Assembly (NCBI GenBank): GCA_003574845.1
Contig: NDHY01000002.1
Span: 80,317-144,316, forward strand
DNA: 64,000 nt
Direction: 5' to 3'
From: a candidate division NPL-UPA2 bacterium Unc8
GTDB taxonomy: Bacteria; NPL-UPA2
Both the position numbers and the translations under genes were made by a program. Positions 22,447 to 32,049 of this stretch are shown here, piece after piece (the stretch's first letter is position 1; every line of letters starts with the position of its first letter). The notes under the pieces were generated by a model, which was not told the origin of the DNA, did no database searches, and saw only the letters and a list, made by a program, of their open reading frames with translations.

Positions 22447-25400
22447 TTATCCCATTAAATTTTTAAATTCCGGCTCAACATAACGAATTTCTGCTGTGTG
22501 CTTGCCGAGTTTCGGAGTCAAGACACTTTGCCCATTTATATAGACAATATGTGGCGCCCAGGGTTCAAGTTCCTGAATAATAAACTCTTTATCCTTCTTG
22601 AAATCATCTTCATTCCAATTATCATTGTATTCTCTCCAGGCAATAGCTATCTCTTTTCCCTCTTTTTCACCAAGAATAAATAAATATTTTCTCTTAGATC
22701 CCTCTCCCCTTGCGGGAGAGGGTAAGGGTGAGGGGGTCTCTCTTGCCTTTATCTTTTTAACCTTCAATCCCAGAAGATAATTAAATGTCTCCGGTACATC
22801 CACAATCATCTCCTGCGGTTCACCAACTTCTTCAAGATTGACTTTAAGTTTGTAAGAGAAGGGATTTTTAAGTTTTTCAATGTTTAAGAGGCTGGGATTT
22901 CCCCTGCCTGTGCCGTGCCCGCCACGGCAGACAGGTCTTGTTTCGCAATCCAAAAAGTATTTCAAAAGATAATCATCACCAAATTTCAATTCCGCCTGTC
23001 TGTTTGAGGTAAGTTCAATGTTGTCTAAAGTGTCTTCGTATTGTTCTAAAATTTGGTATTTGAAGAATTGACTGATGCCGTCTGTATCTTGTGGTGTGCC
23101 TTCTTTCCAGTTGAAAGAGTAACAAACTTTCTTGAGTCTTGGAATGATAACTGTATCAAAATAATCTGCCATTTCCACAAGAATATATTTTCTCTTACCA
23201 CCATCTTCTTTATTAAGTTTCATAACGGCGTCGGCAGTGGTGCCTGAGCCAGCAAAATAATCAAGAATAAAGGATTCATTGGATGCACCTATTTTTATTA
23301 CATGTTTTATTAGTGAAACAGGTTTTGGATAAGATGTAAAAACAGCATCTCCAAAAAAATTTTCTATTTCTTTCGTTCCAATCTCATTTGTAAAATCTAA
23401 CAATAAAGTTCTATATGGGTTTTCTCTTTTTGTCGGGTTTAACTCATTGTCAACGAATTGATATTGTTTAAAATATACAGTCCACCTTTTATTTTGTTTT
23501 TTAAATACTATTAAATGATTTTTGATTCCCCATTCTACTTTTTCTTTAGACCATCTCCATGTCCATCTTTTATCAAGAGGGTCTCCACCTGGCCATATTT
23601 CAATATCTTCCTGTAAATCATATTCTATGATTTTACTTCTGATCATTAAGTCAATTTTAGAACCCTTTTTCAACTCAATTGAATAGTCAAGACTTTCTGA
23701 ATAGTGGATGCTCCCTCTATCTAACTTGTTTAACTTAAATTTCCCTCGCTGGGTAATAAACTCATCTTGAAATGGGTAATCTTCTAATTCAGCCAACTGT
23801 TTATTTATAGATGCTTTTTCAAAATTTTTAGCCAAACATAAAACATAATCATGCTCAGTAGCGATGAACTTTACATCCATTCTGGGAGCAACTCCACTTT
23901 TCCTTATAAAACATGAAATAAAGTATAATGAATTCCAAATAGACATTTTTTTAAACTCTTCAATTTCATTATCATCAATACTCACAAAAATCACTCCATC
24001 TTCCCTCATTAATTTCCTTGCTAACTGCAACCTATTCTCCATCATACTAAGCCAGCTGGAATGCTGATACCTATCTCTATACAAAAACTCATCGTTCCCT
24101 GTGTTATATGGCGGATCAATATAAATACACTTGACTTTCTCTTTATACTTCTCTAAAAGCAAGTTCAATGCCTGAAAGTTTTCGCTTTTAATAAGTATGC
24201 CATCCAAAAGGTCGTCGAGAGGGATTGCTTCGTCGCTACCGCTCCTCGCAATGACAGGAGAGGAGGTAAGTTTCTCGAGGAGTTTTTCTTTGAATTCCTG
24301 GCTGAAGTATTTTGTATCAATCGGTAAATGAAGGTTTTTTAGAGATTGCTTCGTCACTTCGTTCCTCGCAATGACGAATCCTAATTCTTTCCATTCTTTT
24401 AGTTGCTCTTTGCTCTTTAAAATCTCATCATAAAACTCTTCCGGTATTCGGTCTGTGGTTATTACATACTCGGTCTTTAATACAAACTTCTTTTTCTCCC
24501 ATAACCTCTTCTGGAAGTCCTCGATCTGGGAGAGAAAATCAATGAGAGACTCTCCGATCTCCCGCACCACCTTGGCACGGGTGATGTGTTTATCTAAAAA
24601 TCTTTCCTTTTCCAGTGTCTCGAGAGATAAAACCTCGGCTTTGATAAAGTAGTCCAATTGTTCGGCGAGGAATTTCTTAAGGTTTTTATGGATGAAATAA
24701 TCCTTTGTGTTTTTGGCTGTGAATCTTGAAATCTGATAAAGAAGAAGGGGTCTTTCATTTTTATATTCCTTGCTCAAAAATGATTTTAATTCAATACCCT
24801 CAATTTTCTTTAGAACTTCATCATAAATCTTCTGGTTAATTTTCTCCTGCTTTGAAGTGTTGCTACCGCCTTCCACGCCGTAACTTTTTACCTCTTCCTC
24901 GGTGAGTTCTCTATACTGAAAGCGGATGATTAAGTTCTTATTATCCCCCTCACCCTTACCCTCTCCCACAAGGGGAGAGAGAATTATTTCTACCGGATTT
25001 TCATCATCCAGAATAAAAAATCTTGCCTTTGTAGCTTTCTTTGCCCCTAATTCTTCTCTAACTGAAACGATACGGAAAATAACTTTATACTCATTGGCTT
25101 CAAATGTGTAATCCCGAAAAAGAAGACCAGTTTTTGTGTAATACTGCTCATTATTTGCCCAATAAAGTTTTACTTCTTCGCCGTTATAAGGAATGGCATA
25201 TTTATGCCCTTTTATGGAGTAGCGGTAATGGGGAGCAAAATCGCCTTCTTCGTAGTATCGAGAGAAGAAATTATAGAGGTCGTTGAAAACCTGTAATTTG
25301 ATTTCGTCAATAGCTTGCGCCTCATCTCTTTGTGCTTTTACTGAAAGAAAATCTCTGCCAAGAGGTGTATCCTTGAACTCTTCTTTAAGCTCTCCGGTAG

Positions 25401-25656
25401 GGGTAAAAGACTTTGTTCCTAAAGCTTGAACGACCTTCTCTTTTGCCTCTTCAAATCTCCGATTTATGTCGGTTAGTCTTTCACCTTTATGTTTAGCAAA
25501 GGCAGATTCAACCTTATTTTTAAGATCTTCTTGAATAAATTTCTCAACCCTATCTCGTTTGTAGTTCAGAACACGATAAATCCCGAAATCCAAATCGGAA
25601 GCTTCAAACTGAAAAAGCCTTTTAAGTAAATTCTGAAATTTTTGAATGGTATCCAT
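22447..25656 (-). CDS. mod: Type III R-M methyltransferase subunit
   Basis: CIYIDPPYNTG, YPKP and LDYFAGSGTT (beta-class motif order); directly upstream of res. Confidence 0.94.
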   Translation of the reverse strand: MDTIQKFQNLLKRLFQFEASDLDFGIYRVLNYKRDRVEKFIQEDLKNKVESAFAKHKGERLTDINRRFEEAKEKVVQALGTKSFTPTGELKEEFKDTPLGRDFLSVKAQRDEAQAIDEIKLQVFNDLYNFFSRYYEEGDFAPHYRYSIKGHKYAIPYNGEEVKLYWANNEQYYTKTGLLFRDYTFEANEYKVIFRIVSVREELGAKKATKARFFILDDENPVEIILSPLVGEGKGEGDNKNLIIRFQYRELTEEEVKSYGVEGGSNTSKQEKINQKIYDEVLKKIEGIELKSFLSKEYKNERPLLLYQISRFTAKNTKDYFIHKNLKKFLAEQLDYFIKAEVLSLETLEKERFLDKHITRAKVVREIGESLIDFLSQIEDFQKRLWEKKKFVLKTEYVITTDRIPEEFYDEILKSKEQLKEWKELGFVIARNEVTKQSLKNLHLPIDTKYFSQEFKEKLLEKLTSSPVIARSGSDEAIPLDDLLDGILIKSENFQALNLLLEKYKEKVKCIYIDPPYNTGNDEFLYRDRYQHSSWLSMMENRLQLARKLMREDGVIFVSIDDNEIEEFKKMSIWNSLYFISCFIRKSGVAPRMDVKFIATEHDYVLCLAKNFEKASINKQLAELEDYPFQDEFITQRGKFKLNKLDRGSIHYSESLDYSIELKKGSKIDLMIRSKIIEYDLQEDIEIWPGGDPLDKRWTWRWSKEKVEWGIKNHLIVFKKQNKRWTVYFKQYQFVDNELNPTKRENPYRTLLLDFTNEIGTKEIENFFGDAVFTSYPKPVSLIKHVIKIGASNESFILDYFAGSGTTADAVMKLNKEDGGKRKYILVEMADYFDTVIIPRLKKVCYSFNWKEGTPQDTDGISQFFKYQILEQYEDTLDNIELTSNRQAELKFGDDYLLKYFLDCETRPVCRGGHGTGRGNPSLLNIEKLKNPFSYKLKVNLEEVGEPQEMIVDVPETFNYLLGLKVKKIKARETPSPLPSPARGEGSKRKYLFILGEKEGKEIAIAWREYNDNWNEDDFKKDKEFIIQELEPWAPHIVYINGQSVLTPKLGKHTAEIRYVEPEFKNLMG
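22702..22736. repeat. Palindromic element (CCCTCTCCC family) in frame in mod, copy A
   Basis: ctctccccttgcgggagagggtaagggtgaggggg; encodes PSPLPSPARGE. Confidence 0.85.
22903..22935. repeat. Palindromic element (CCTGCC family) in frame in mod
   Basis: cctgcctgtgcc-gtgcccgccac-ggcagacagg, 33 bp; encodes PVCRGGHGTGR; same arms as 20427-20450. Confidence 0.85.
24223..24255. repeat. CGTC-type palindromic element in frame in mod
   Basis: gattgcttcgtc-gctaccgct-cctcgcaatgac; encodes VIARSGSDEAI. Confidence 0.85.
24344..24375. repeat. CGTC-type palindromic element in frame in mod
   Basis: gattgcttcgtc-acttcgtt-cctcgcaatgac; encodes VIARNEVTKQS. Confidence 0.85.
24945..24979. repeat. Palindromic element (CCCTCTCCC family) in frame in mod, copy B, inverted relative to copy A
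   Basis: ccccctcacccttaccctctcccacaaggggagag; encodes SPLVGEGKGEG. Confidence 0.85.
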
Positions 25657-25707
25657 AGTTACCTCACTTATTTACTTTTTTATCTTTCCTCCCTGCAGAA
25701 TTGTTCT

Positions 25708-25815
25708 TCATTTCTCCTCCCATACTAAACCATACTTCTTGCGCTTCTTTAATCGCTTGATTTCTTTAATCAAATCTTCTTTTCTCCAGTTTTGATAATC
25801 TCTATTTTTAGGCAT
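25708..25815 (-). pseudogene. N-terminal stub (35 aa) of a different Type III Mod-like methylase
   Basis: MPKNRDYQNWRKEDLIKEIKRLKKRKKYGLVWEEK*; KKYGLVWE resembles Mod N-termini; start overlaps the HEPN stop. Confidence 0.65.
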
Positions 25816-26212
25816 AAATAATATTTCTGATTTTGGTTAATACGTTCTTTACAAATTCTGTAAACTCACCGCACTCTTTTTCTGTAACCTCAACTCCACC
25901 TGCATAGAAATCAAGATTTCTCTTTGAACGCATAATATTTCCCATTGTCATAATAGAATCGTCTTTAAGAATCTGAGCGATTTTCTCGATTATTTTAAAA
26001 TGGTGGCCGGGAACGCTTTTTATTTTTACTTGATAAAAACTTAGTAAGGCAATACCCGCCTTAATGAAGTCGGTATAAACATAATTGAATTTTACCTCTA
26101 AGAATTTGTCTTCCTCAGCAATGTTTAGATCTTTCAGCGCATTTTTAAAATTGTTGTTGATCTGTTCTTTGGTAAATTCGAGTTTGCTAAAATACCTTTC
26201 GTCAAACTTCAT
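25808..26212 (-). CDS. HEPN-like protein
   Basis: Helical protein with PGHH and R.KRN...Y motifs; coupled to the upstream MNT gene. Confidence 0.75.
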   Translation of the reverse strand: MKFDERYFSKLEFTKEQINNNFKNALKDLNIAEEDKFLEVKFNYVYTDFIKAGIALLSFYQVKIKSVPGHHFKIIEKIAQILKDDSIMTMGNIMRSKRNLDFYAGGVEVTEKECGEFTEFVKNVLTKIRNIIYA

Positions 26213-26757
26213 AAGTTTATTCTAATGTGTTTATTTTTTAAAATCCCTGTTATGAATGGATCCTTATTTTTAATTTTTCTCTTGAATTCCTTTTCACCAA
26301 TATCAACGACATTTATTTCTCTATTAATTTCCTTCTGTAGTTTATTAAGTTTTTTCTGAAGTGAAATAATACTATGGCCACCTACAACTATTAAATCAAT
26401 ATCACTGTGAGTATCCATTTTATTTTTAGCATATGAGCCGTAAATATAAACCTCTCTTATTGCCTTAACATCCTTTAGGGCGTTCCTTATACCCTCCTCA
26501 AATCCAATTGTTTTGATGACTATTCTTCTATACTCGTTGTATAGAGGATAATCTCTATTTATAGGATAGAGTTTAAGATTTCCTCTAACCTGACTTTTTA
26601 GAATTCCTTCTCTCTCTAATTCCTTTATTTTCTTAACGAGGTTTCTCTTATCAAGGGCAAGATTTCTCGATAATTCGTTTATATAGAGACTCTCTTTCGG
26701 ATTAAGAAAGAAATAATTTAACAGTTTCCTTGTTATCTCAGATTTCAAAGAAATCAT
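26209..26757 (-). CDS. wHTH-nucleotidyltransferase (MNT) antitoxin-like protein
   Basis: N-terminal HTH (LYINELSR...LEREGIL), then YIYGSYA....HSDIDLIVVG. Confidence 0.85.
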   Translation of the reverse strand: MISLKSEITRKLLNYFFLNPKESLYINELSRNLALDKRNLVKKIKELEREGILKSQVRGNLKLYPINRDYPLYNEYRRIVIKTIGFEEGIRNALKDVKAIREVYIYGSYAKNKMDTHSDIDLIVVGGHSIISLQKKLNKLQKEINREINVVDIGEKEFKRKIKNKDPFITGILKNKHIRINL

Positions 26758-26816
26758 CGGTTCTCCTTATATTACACCGATAAGTGTAATGTATTACACC
26801 GCTTCTATCAATGAAA

Positions 26817-27527
26817 TTATGAGGAATCCAGTGGTCGTATCAATCTTCTCTCCTTAAAACTAAAGAAAGCATTTTTAGCTACAATAATGTGGTCAAATAC
26901 CTCTATGTCCAAAATCTTGCCGGATTCTATTAATCTTTTGGTAATTTCTAAATCGTCTTCCGATGGTTCGGGATCGCCTGAAGGGTGATTATGGATAACT
27001 ATAATTTGAACGGCATTGCGGGAGATAGCTTCTTTGAAAACCTCCCGAGGATGAACAAGATTAGCGGTAAGGGTCCCAACAGAAATTATACTTTCTTTGG
27101 CAATTCTGTTGCGGGAATCCAGGGGGAAAATTAAAAAATATTCCTTCTTTTTATCTTTCAGAATGGGTTGAGCAAATTCTGCTACATCTTTTGGGGAAGA
27201 AATAACAGTATCCCCTGATATTTCTTTGTCTTGGGTTTCTAATCGTTTTAATATCTCAAAACAGGCCTTAATTTGAGCTGCTTTTGCTGAACCAATTCCT
27301 TTAATTTCACAAAGCTGTTCAATAGTTGCCTCAGAAATCCCTTTAAGATTCTTAAATCTTGCTAAAAGTTCCTGGGCAATATTTACTGCCGACCTGTTTG
27401 GAGTTCCCCGGGCAATAATTAAAGTCAGAAGCTCCTGGATTGAAAGAGATTCGGAGCCTAACTTTATCAGTCGTTCCCGTGGACGCTCTGTTTTTGGCAG
27501 GTCATGGATAGTAAAAGATTTTTCCAT
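26817..27527 (-). CDS. radC: RadC family protein (HhH + JAB domain)
   Basis: ERPRERL, GIG.AKA, VHPREVF, HNHPSGD.EPS.DD and DHIIV; start moved to MEKSF because the longer ORF overlaps tRNA-His. Confidence 0.95.
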   Translation of the reverse strand: MEKSFTIHDLPKTERPRERLIKLGSESLSIQELLTLIIARGTPNRSAVNIAQELLARFKNLKGISEATIEQLCEIKGIGSAKAAQIKACFEILKRLETQDKEISGDTVISSPKDVAEFAQPILKDKKKEYFLIFPLDSRNRIAKESIISVGTLTANLVHPREVFKEAISRNAVQIIVIHNHPSGDPEPSEDDLEITKRLIESGKILDIEVFDHIIVAKNAFFSFKERRLIRPLDSS

Positions 27528-27548
27528 AGTACGAATTAACGGGGTTAG

Positions 27549-27624
27549 GGTGAGCGACGGGATTCGAACCCGCGGCCACCAGGACCACAACCTGGTGCTC
27601 TAACCGAGCTGAGCTACGCTCACC
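27549..27624 (-). tRNA. tRNA-His(GTG), CCA not encoded
   Basis: G-1 GTGAGCGTAGCTCAG...TTGTGGT...GGTTCGAATCC...CGCTCACC. Confidence 0.95.
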
Positions 27625-27632
27625 ATGCAAAA

Positions 27633-28394
27633 TCAAAAGTCAAATTTTGAAGCAGTAAGATATTCTTTAAGTAACTTTATCCTTTCTGCAGTTGGAGGAT
27701 GAGTAGATAGCCATCGGCGGCTTAAGCCTTTCTGCCTTTCTTCCTCCCTGAACATCTCCAGAACTCTGACTTTTGCCCAGGGGTCAAATCCAGCCCTATG
27801 GGCATATTTCACCCCCTGCCTGTCAGTCCACAGCTCCTCTTCCTGGCTATACCCCATCATAATGATTGAAAGCGCCGTTGCCGCAAAATAAGCCATTCTA
27901 CCAACTTCACCGCCAGATACCATAGCTCCAAGGAGGAAGGCTTGTCTAAGCTGGTGAGTTTGAAGCCTTTCTACTCCATGACGGGCAGTAATGTGGGCAA
28001 TCTCGTGCCCAAGGATAACCGCCAGCTCATCATCATCCAACTCATCAAAGAGCCCGCTTGTCATAAAAACAGGGCCACCGGGCAGGGCAAAAGCATTCAT
28101 TTCTTCCTCTTTAATTACCTGGAAACTGTAAGGAAGGGCAATGTTGCTTGATACAAAGGCGACCTTTCTGCCAATTCGTGTTAAATATTGAGACCTCTCC
28201 TCACAAATTTCAAACTCTGCCCTAACTTCCTCCGCTGCAAGTTGACCAATGGCAATTTCTTCTTCACGACTAAAGACAATCCACTGCTGCTCTCCTCTTG
28301 CCGGGTTGTAAGTGGGAGCACAACCAGCAATGAAAGCAAATGATGACAGAAACACAAGCAACCAATACTTCTGCTTATTATTATTTGACCTCAC
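27633..28394 (-). CDS. M48 family Zn metalloprotease lipoprotein
   Basis: Lipobox IAGC; NAFALPGG, GHEIAH and STHP motifs. Confidence 0.92.
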   Translation of the reverse strand: MRSNNNKQKYWLLVFLSSFAFIAGCAPTYNPARGEQQWIVFSREEEIAIGQLAAEEVRAEFEICEERSQYLTRIGRKVAFVSSNIALPYSFQVIKEEEMNAFALPGGPVFMTSGLFDELDDDELAVILGHEIAHITARHGVERLQTHQLRQAFLLGAMVSGGEVGRMAYFAATALSIIMMGYSQEEELWTDRQGVKYAHRAGFDPWAKVRVLEMFREEERQKGLSRRWLSTHPPTAERIKLLKEYLTASKFDF

Positions 28395-28495
28395 TTCTCA
28401 AGCTCCTTCGGTCCTTTTATATCATAAAAAAAGGTTTTTGTAATTATAATTTTTTTTGCTTAAAATTAATAGGTATCTTTTGGAGAAATAATCCT

Positions 28496-29428
28496 TTAAC
28501 TCAGCAGGGAGTTAAGATGAGCAAGGACGCATTGGGGGAGATATCCTAAGTTATACCCGCCTTCTAAGACTGATATGATTCTACCTTCAGCAGAACTTTC
28601 AGCAATTTTTTTAACAATGTCGGTAAACTGGCTAAAGTCCGATGCGGTTAATCTTAGATTATTTAGCGGGTCATCGATATGAGCATCAAATCCTGCCGAG
28701 ATAAAAACTATCTCAGGGGAGAAACTTTTTACTCGTGGAATGAGAACATCGTTAAAAATACGCAAAAAGTCCTTTGCTTCGCTTCCCCAGGAAAGGGGAA
28801 AATTCAGGGTAAACCCCTTTCCGTCTCCTTTTCCTGTCTCATCGGAATCTCCCGTTCCGGGGTAATGGGGATATTGATGGAAAGAGACAAAGAGAACTGA
28901 TGGGTCACAATAAAATATGTCCTGAGTTCCATTTCCATGATGGACATCCCAATCAATGATTAAGACCTTTTTTAATCCATATTTCTTTTGCGCATATTTA
29001 GCGGCAATAGCGATGTTGTTAAAAATGCAAAACCCCATTCCCCTATCTCCCAGGGCATGGTGTCCAGGGGGACGCACCAGAGCAAGGGCATTCCTGACTT
29101 TTCCCTCAATAACGGCATCGGCAGCAGCAAGCACTCCGCCGGCAGCCAGCAGTGCAATCTCAAAAGAGGAAGGTAGAACGTACGTATCAGGGTCAAGGTA
29201 TCCCCCTCCCCTCTCGCAGAGTGATTTTACTCTAACAATGTAATGAGCAGAATGGACATATTCAATTTCCTCTATTTTTGCCTGACGTGGGGCGATGCTC
29301 CTTGTTGCCTCAAGCATTCCCTCTCTCTCAAGTGTTTCCATAATTGCCAGGAGCCGCTCGGCATTCTCGGGATGACCTGCCATAGTATGCTTAAGGTAAT
29401 CAGGATGATATATTATACCAGTGTTCAT
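28496..29428 (-). CDS. Histone deacetylase-family amidohydrolase
   Basis: HPE..ERL, RPPGHH, GFC, DWDVHHGNGT, SAGFD and LEGGY. Confidence 0.95.
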   Translation of the reverse strand: MNTGIIYHPDYLKHTMAGHPENAERLLAIMETLEREGMLEATRSIAPRQAKIEEIEYVHSAHYIVRVKSLCERGGGYLDPDTYVLPSSFEIALLAAGGVLAAADAVIEGKVRNALALVRPPGHHALGDRGMGFCIFNNIAIAAKYAQKKYGLKKVLIIDWDVHHGNGTQDIFYCDPSVLFVSFHQYPHYPGTGDSDETGKGDGKGFTLNFPLSWGSEAKDFLRIFNDVLIPRVKSFSPEIVFISAGFDAHIDDPLNNLRLTASDFSQFTDIVKKIAESSAEGRIISVLEGGYNLGYLPQCVLAHLNSLLS

Positions 29429-30324
29429 TTTTTAATCTGTGTAATCAGACCCAGGGAAGTAGCAATGTCAAGTGCAGCCACATATTCTTCTCTGGTTGTC
29501 CTGCGAGATAGCAAAGAAAAATTAAATGCTTTGTAACAGGGATGATACTGGTCCATTATGTTCACATAAGTGTCTTTAGAAATATCTTCTGCAATGAAAC
29601 GGATAACATCAGCCGTCCCGGCAAGGTTATGAGGCAGAATTAGGTGGCGAATGAGCAGTCCCCGTTGGGCAATTCCATTTTCATCCACTTTAAGATTTCC
29701 TACCTGACGATACATTTCTTTCAATGCTTCCTTCATTATCTGCGGGTAATCAGGAGCATTGGAATACTTCCTCCCCTCTTTCTCAACTCCATATTTGGCA
29801 TCGGGCATATAGATATCAATTATCCCATCCAGAAGATAGAGAGTTTCCACTGACTCATACCCGCCGCAGTTATAGACGAGAGGAAGAGTAAGCCCCCTTG
29901 CGACTGCAATTCTCAGTGCTGAAATAATTTGCGATATAAGGTGAGTGGGAGTAACAAAATTTATGTTATGGCATTTATTTTTCTGCAGAGTGAGCATTTT
30001 ATCTGCCAGCTCTTCAATGGAGATTTCTCTTCCCACCCCGAGTTGGCTTATCTCACAATTCTGGCAGAACTGACAGGAGAGATTGCAATTCGTAAAGAAT
30101 ATTGTCCCGGAACCAAAGTGTCCTGCAAGTGGGGGTTCCTCCCCAAAATGAGGACCAAAGCTGGAAACAACGGGAAGTTTTCCTGTCCGACAATAGCCAT
30201 TTTCATCATTCAGCCTGTTAACTCTGCACTTTCGTGGACAGAGAGAACAAGATTCCAGTATTTTATAAAATTTTTCTATCCTTTTATCAAGCTCACCACT
30301 ACGGTAGAGCTCTCTATAGTTCAT
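29425..30324 (-). CDS. PflX-like radical SAM protein
   Basis: [31 protein letters not shown] and IDIYMPD; start set at MNYRELY. Confidence 0.9.
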   Translation of the reverse strand: MNYRELYRSGELDKRIEKFYKILESCSLCPRKCRVNRLNDENGYCRTGKLPVVSSFGPHFGEEPPLAGHFGSGTIFFTNCNLSCQFCQNCEISQLGVGREISIEELADKMLTLQKNKCHNINFVTPTHLISQIISALRIAVARGLTLPLVYNCGGYESVETLYLLDGIIDIYMPDAKYGVEKEGRKYSNAPDYPQIMKEALKEMYRQVGNLKVDENGIAQRGLLIRHLILPHNLAGTADVIRFIAEDISKDTYVNIMDQYHPCYKAFNFSLLSRRTTREEYVAALDIATSLGLITQIKK

Positions 30325-30423
30325 TCCACAGTAACGCTTTTTGCCAAGTTTCGCGGCTGGTCCACCGGGCACTTTCTCTTTATCGCAATATGATAGGCAA
30401 GAAGCTGTTTCCAATATATCCAA

Positions 30424-32004
30424 CTATTCCGCACATTTTTTTCTCAGCTCTTTTCCTAATTTTCCTCCAGGGTGAAAGCGGGCAAACTCATCCCTGGCAA
30501 AACCTCGTTTATCAAGCAGCGCCATTGCCAGTGCATCTCCCATTGCCAGAGCGGCAGTTGTGCTTGCCGTAGGAGCAAGACTTAGCGGACAAGCCTCACG
30601 GTCAACGCTTATGTCAATGACAATATGACTGTTTTTTCCCAGAGTAGAATTAACTTCTCCCGTAAAAACAATTATTTTCGCGCCCATCTCTTTAATCAGC
30701 GGGAGGAGCTGGAGAACCTCAATAGTTTCTCCACTATTGGAGATGGCAAGAATGATATCCTCATTTGTTACCATGCCAAGATCGCCATGAACAGCCTCGG
30801 TGGGATGAAGAAAAAAAGCAGGAGTGCCGGTACTCGCAAGAGTTGCAGCAATTTTTCTTCCGATGTGACCTGACTTACCAACACCAATAACAATTATCTT
30901 TCCTTTATTCTCAAGAATCATTTCTACAGCGCTGGAAAAATTATGGTCAACCCTATCAATCAAGCCATTAATTGCCTCCGCCTCCAGATGAAGAACATCC
31001 TTTGCCCGCTTTATTACTCCTTTAGTGTCCAGGAGAAATTGTTTTTGATTTTTGGTTTTTGGTTTGCACGTTTCTAAAAACTTATCTATGCTACGCGCTT
31101 CAGCAGAGGTTATTGGCTTTCCTCCTACCGCCAGGCAATCATCATCAATTCTGCCAAGTTTCTTTAAGGCATACTTGATTACCGCCGACGGATTTTCAAT
31201 GCATACCTCCCGAAAATCCATCAACATCTCACCTATGTTCCATACCATTGAGCAATAATCAGGGTCTTTCTTGCGCGCATCATAAGGGTTCAGAGAGAAG
31301 TTTACGGCATCTTTCCACTGCTCAGGAAAAACATTGGCCCCGGCAGAGATGACTCCACTCATGCCGGGGCATTTAAGAAAACTTGCCTCGCTCCCGTCAT
31401 AAACCCTGAAATCCCTTCTCTTCCTCACTGTCCTGAGATAGTTAAGTCCCCTAAAGAGGTCTCCTGCATGTTCCAGTCCCACTATTTTATCATTTAAGCT
31501 TAATTCTTTTAGAATAGCCGTTCTGATATTTCTTCTCATCAGGCCGCCTTTCCTTTTCATGATGAGTAGTGGATTGTTGTAAAGAATAAAGGGATGCTCT
31601 GTCAGCTTCCCTAATTCAAGGTAGTTATCACTTAATCCACGATTGCCGTGATACCATAGAGGGCAGTCAAAAAGAAATATTCTTCCCCGATAGTCAAGCC
31701 TGTCAATTTCTTTTTTCAACTTCTTTATGTTTTCTCTGGTATCCTCTAAATCCTCACCTGTAATTCCCACAAAAAGATTGGTTCTGCCGGCTACCATTTC
31801 CAATGTCAACCTAATTAACTCAAAGCGGTGATTATTTTCAAGAAGAAACCATTCCCCTATAATGCTTGCTCCGACAAGAATTCCATCTGAATGAGGGATA
31901 ATTGACTCAACAAGTGTCCCAAGACTCTCTTTATCTACTCCCCCACTGCTGTTCAATGGAGTAATAAGAGCCGTAATTAATCCTTTTGGTGGTAAAGTAT
32001 TCAT
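30424..32004 (-). CDS. Fusion of a DapA/NanA-like TIM barrel and a KdsD-like arabinose-5-phosphate isomerase (SIS) domain
   Basis: N-terminus GLITALITP...LYNNP; C-terminus [38 protein letters not shown]; no CBS pair. Confidence 0.85.
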   Translation of the reverse strand: MNTLPPKGLITALITPLNSSGGVDKESLGTLVESIIPHSDGILVGASIIGEWFLLENNHRFELIRLTLEMVAGRTNLFVGITGEDLEDTRENIKKLKKEIDRLDYRGRIFLFDCPLWYHGNRGLSDNYLELGKLTEHPFILYNNPLLIMKRKGGLMRRNIRTAILKELSLNDKIVGLEHAGDLFRGLNYLRTVRKRRDFRVYDGSEASFLKCPGMSGVISAGANVFPEQWKDAVNFSLNPYDARKKDPDYCSMVWNIGEMLMDFREVCIENPSAVIKYALKKLGRIDDDCLAVGGKPITSAEARSIDKFLETCKPKTKNQKQFLLDTKGVIKRAKDVLHLEAEAINGLIDRVDHNFSSAVEMILENKGKIIVIGVGKSGHIGRKIAATLASTGTPAFFLHPTEAVHGDLGMVTNEDIILAISNSGETIEVLQLLPLIKEMGAKIIVFTGEVNSTLGKNSHIVIDISVDREACPLSLAPTASTTAALAMGDALAMALLDKRGFARDEFARFHPGGKLGKELRKKCAE

Positions 32005-32049
32005 TTGGATTAGATTTTACCCACATCTCTGGTTGCCGTCAAGCTACCT

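Noticed and set aside
22447-25656. Simple-sequence-repeat phase variation of mod
   Set aside because: No long homopolymer or tetra/pentanucleotide tract seen in the gene
27528-27590. N-terminal extension of RadC in the ORF track
   Set aside because: Overlaps tRNA-His; the real start is at 27527
16500-27624. Prophage or integrative element at tRNA-His
   Set aside because: No integrase, no phage structural genes and no duplicated tRNA 3' end found; the 101-aa membrane protein alone is not evidence of a holin
30325-30426. TAG readthrough joining the KdsD fusion to the PflX ORF (same frame)
   Set aside because: PflX has a normal start at 30324 and the linker has no recognisable domain; a shared frame has a one-in-three chance
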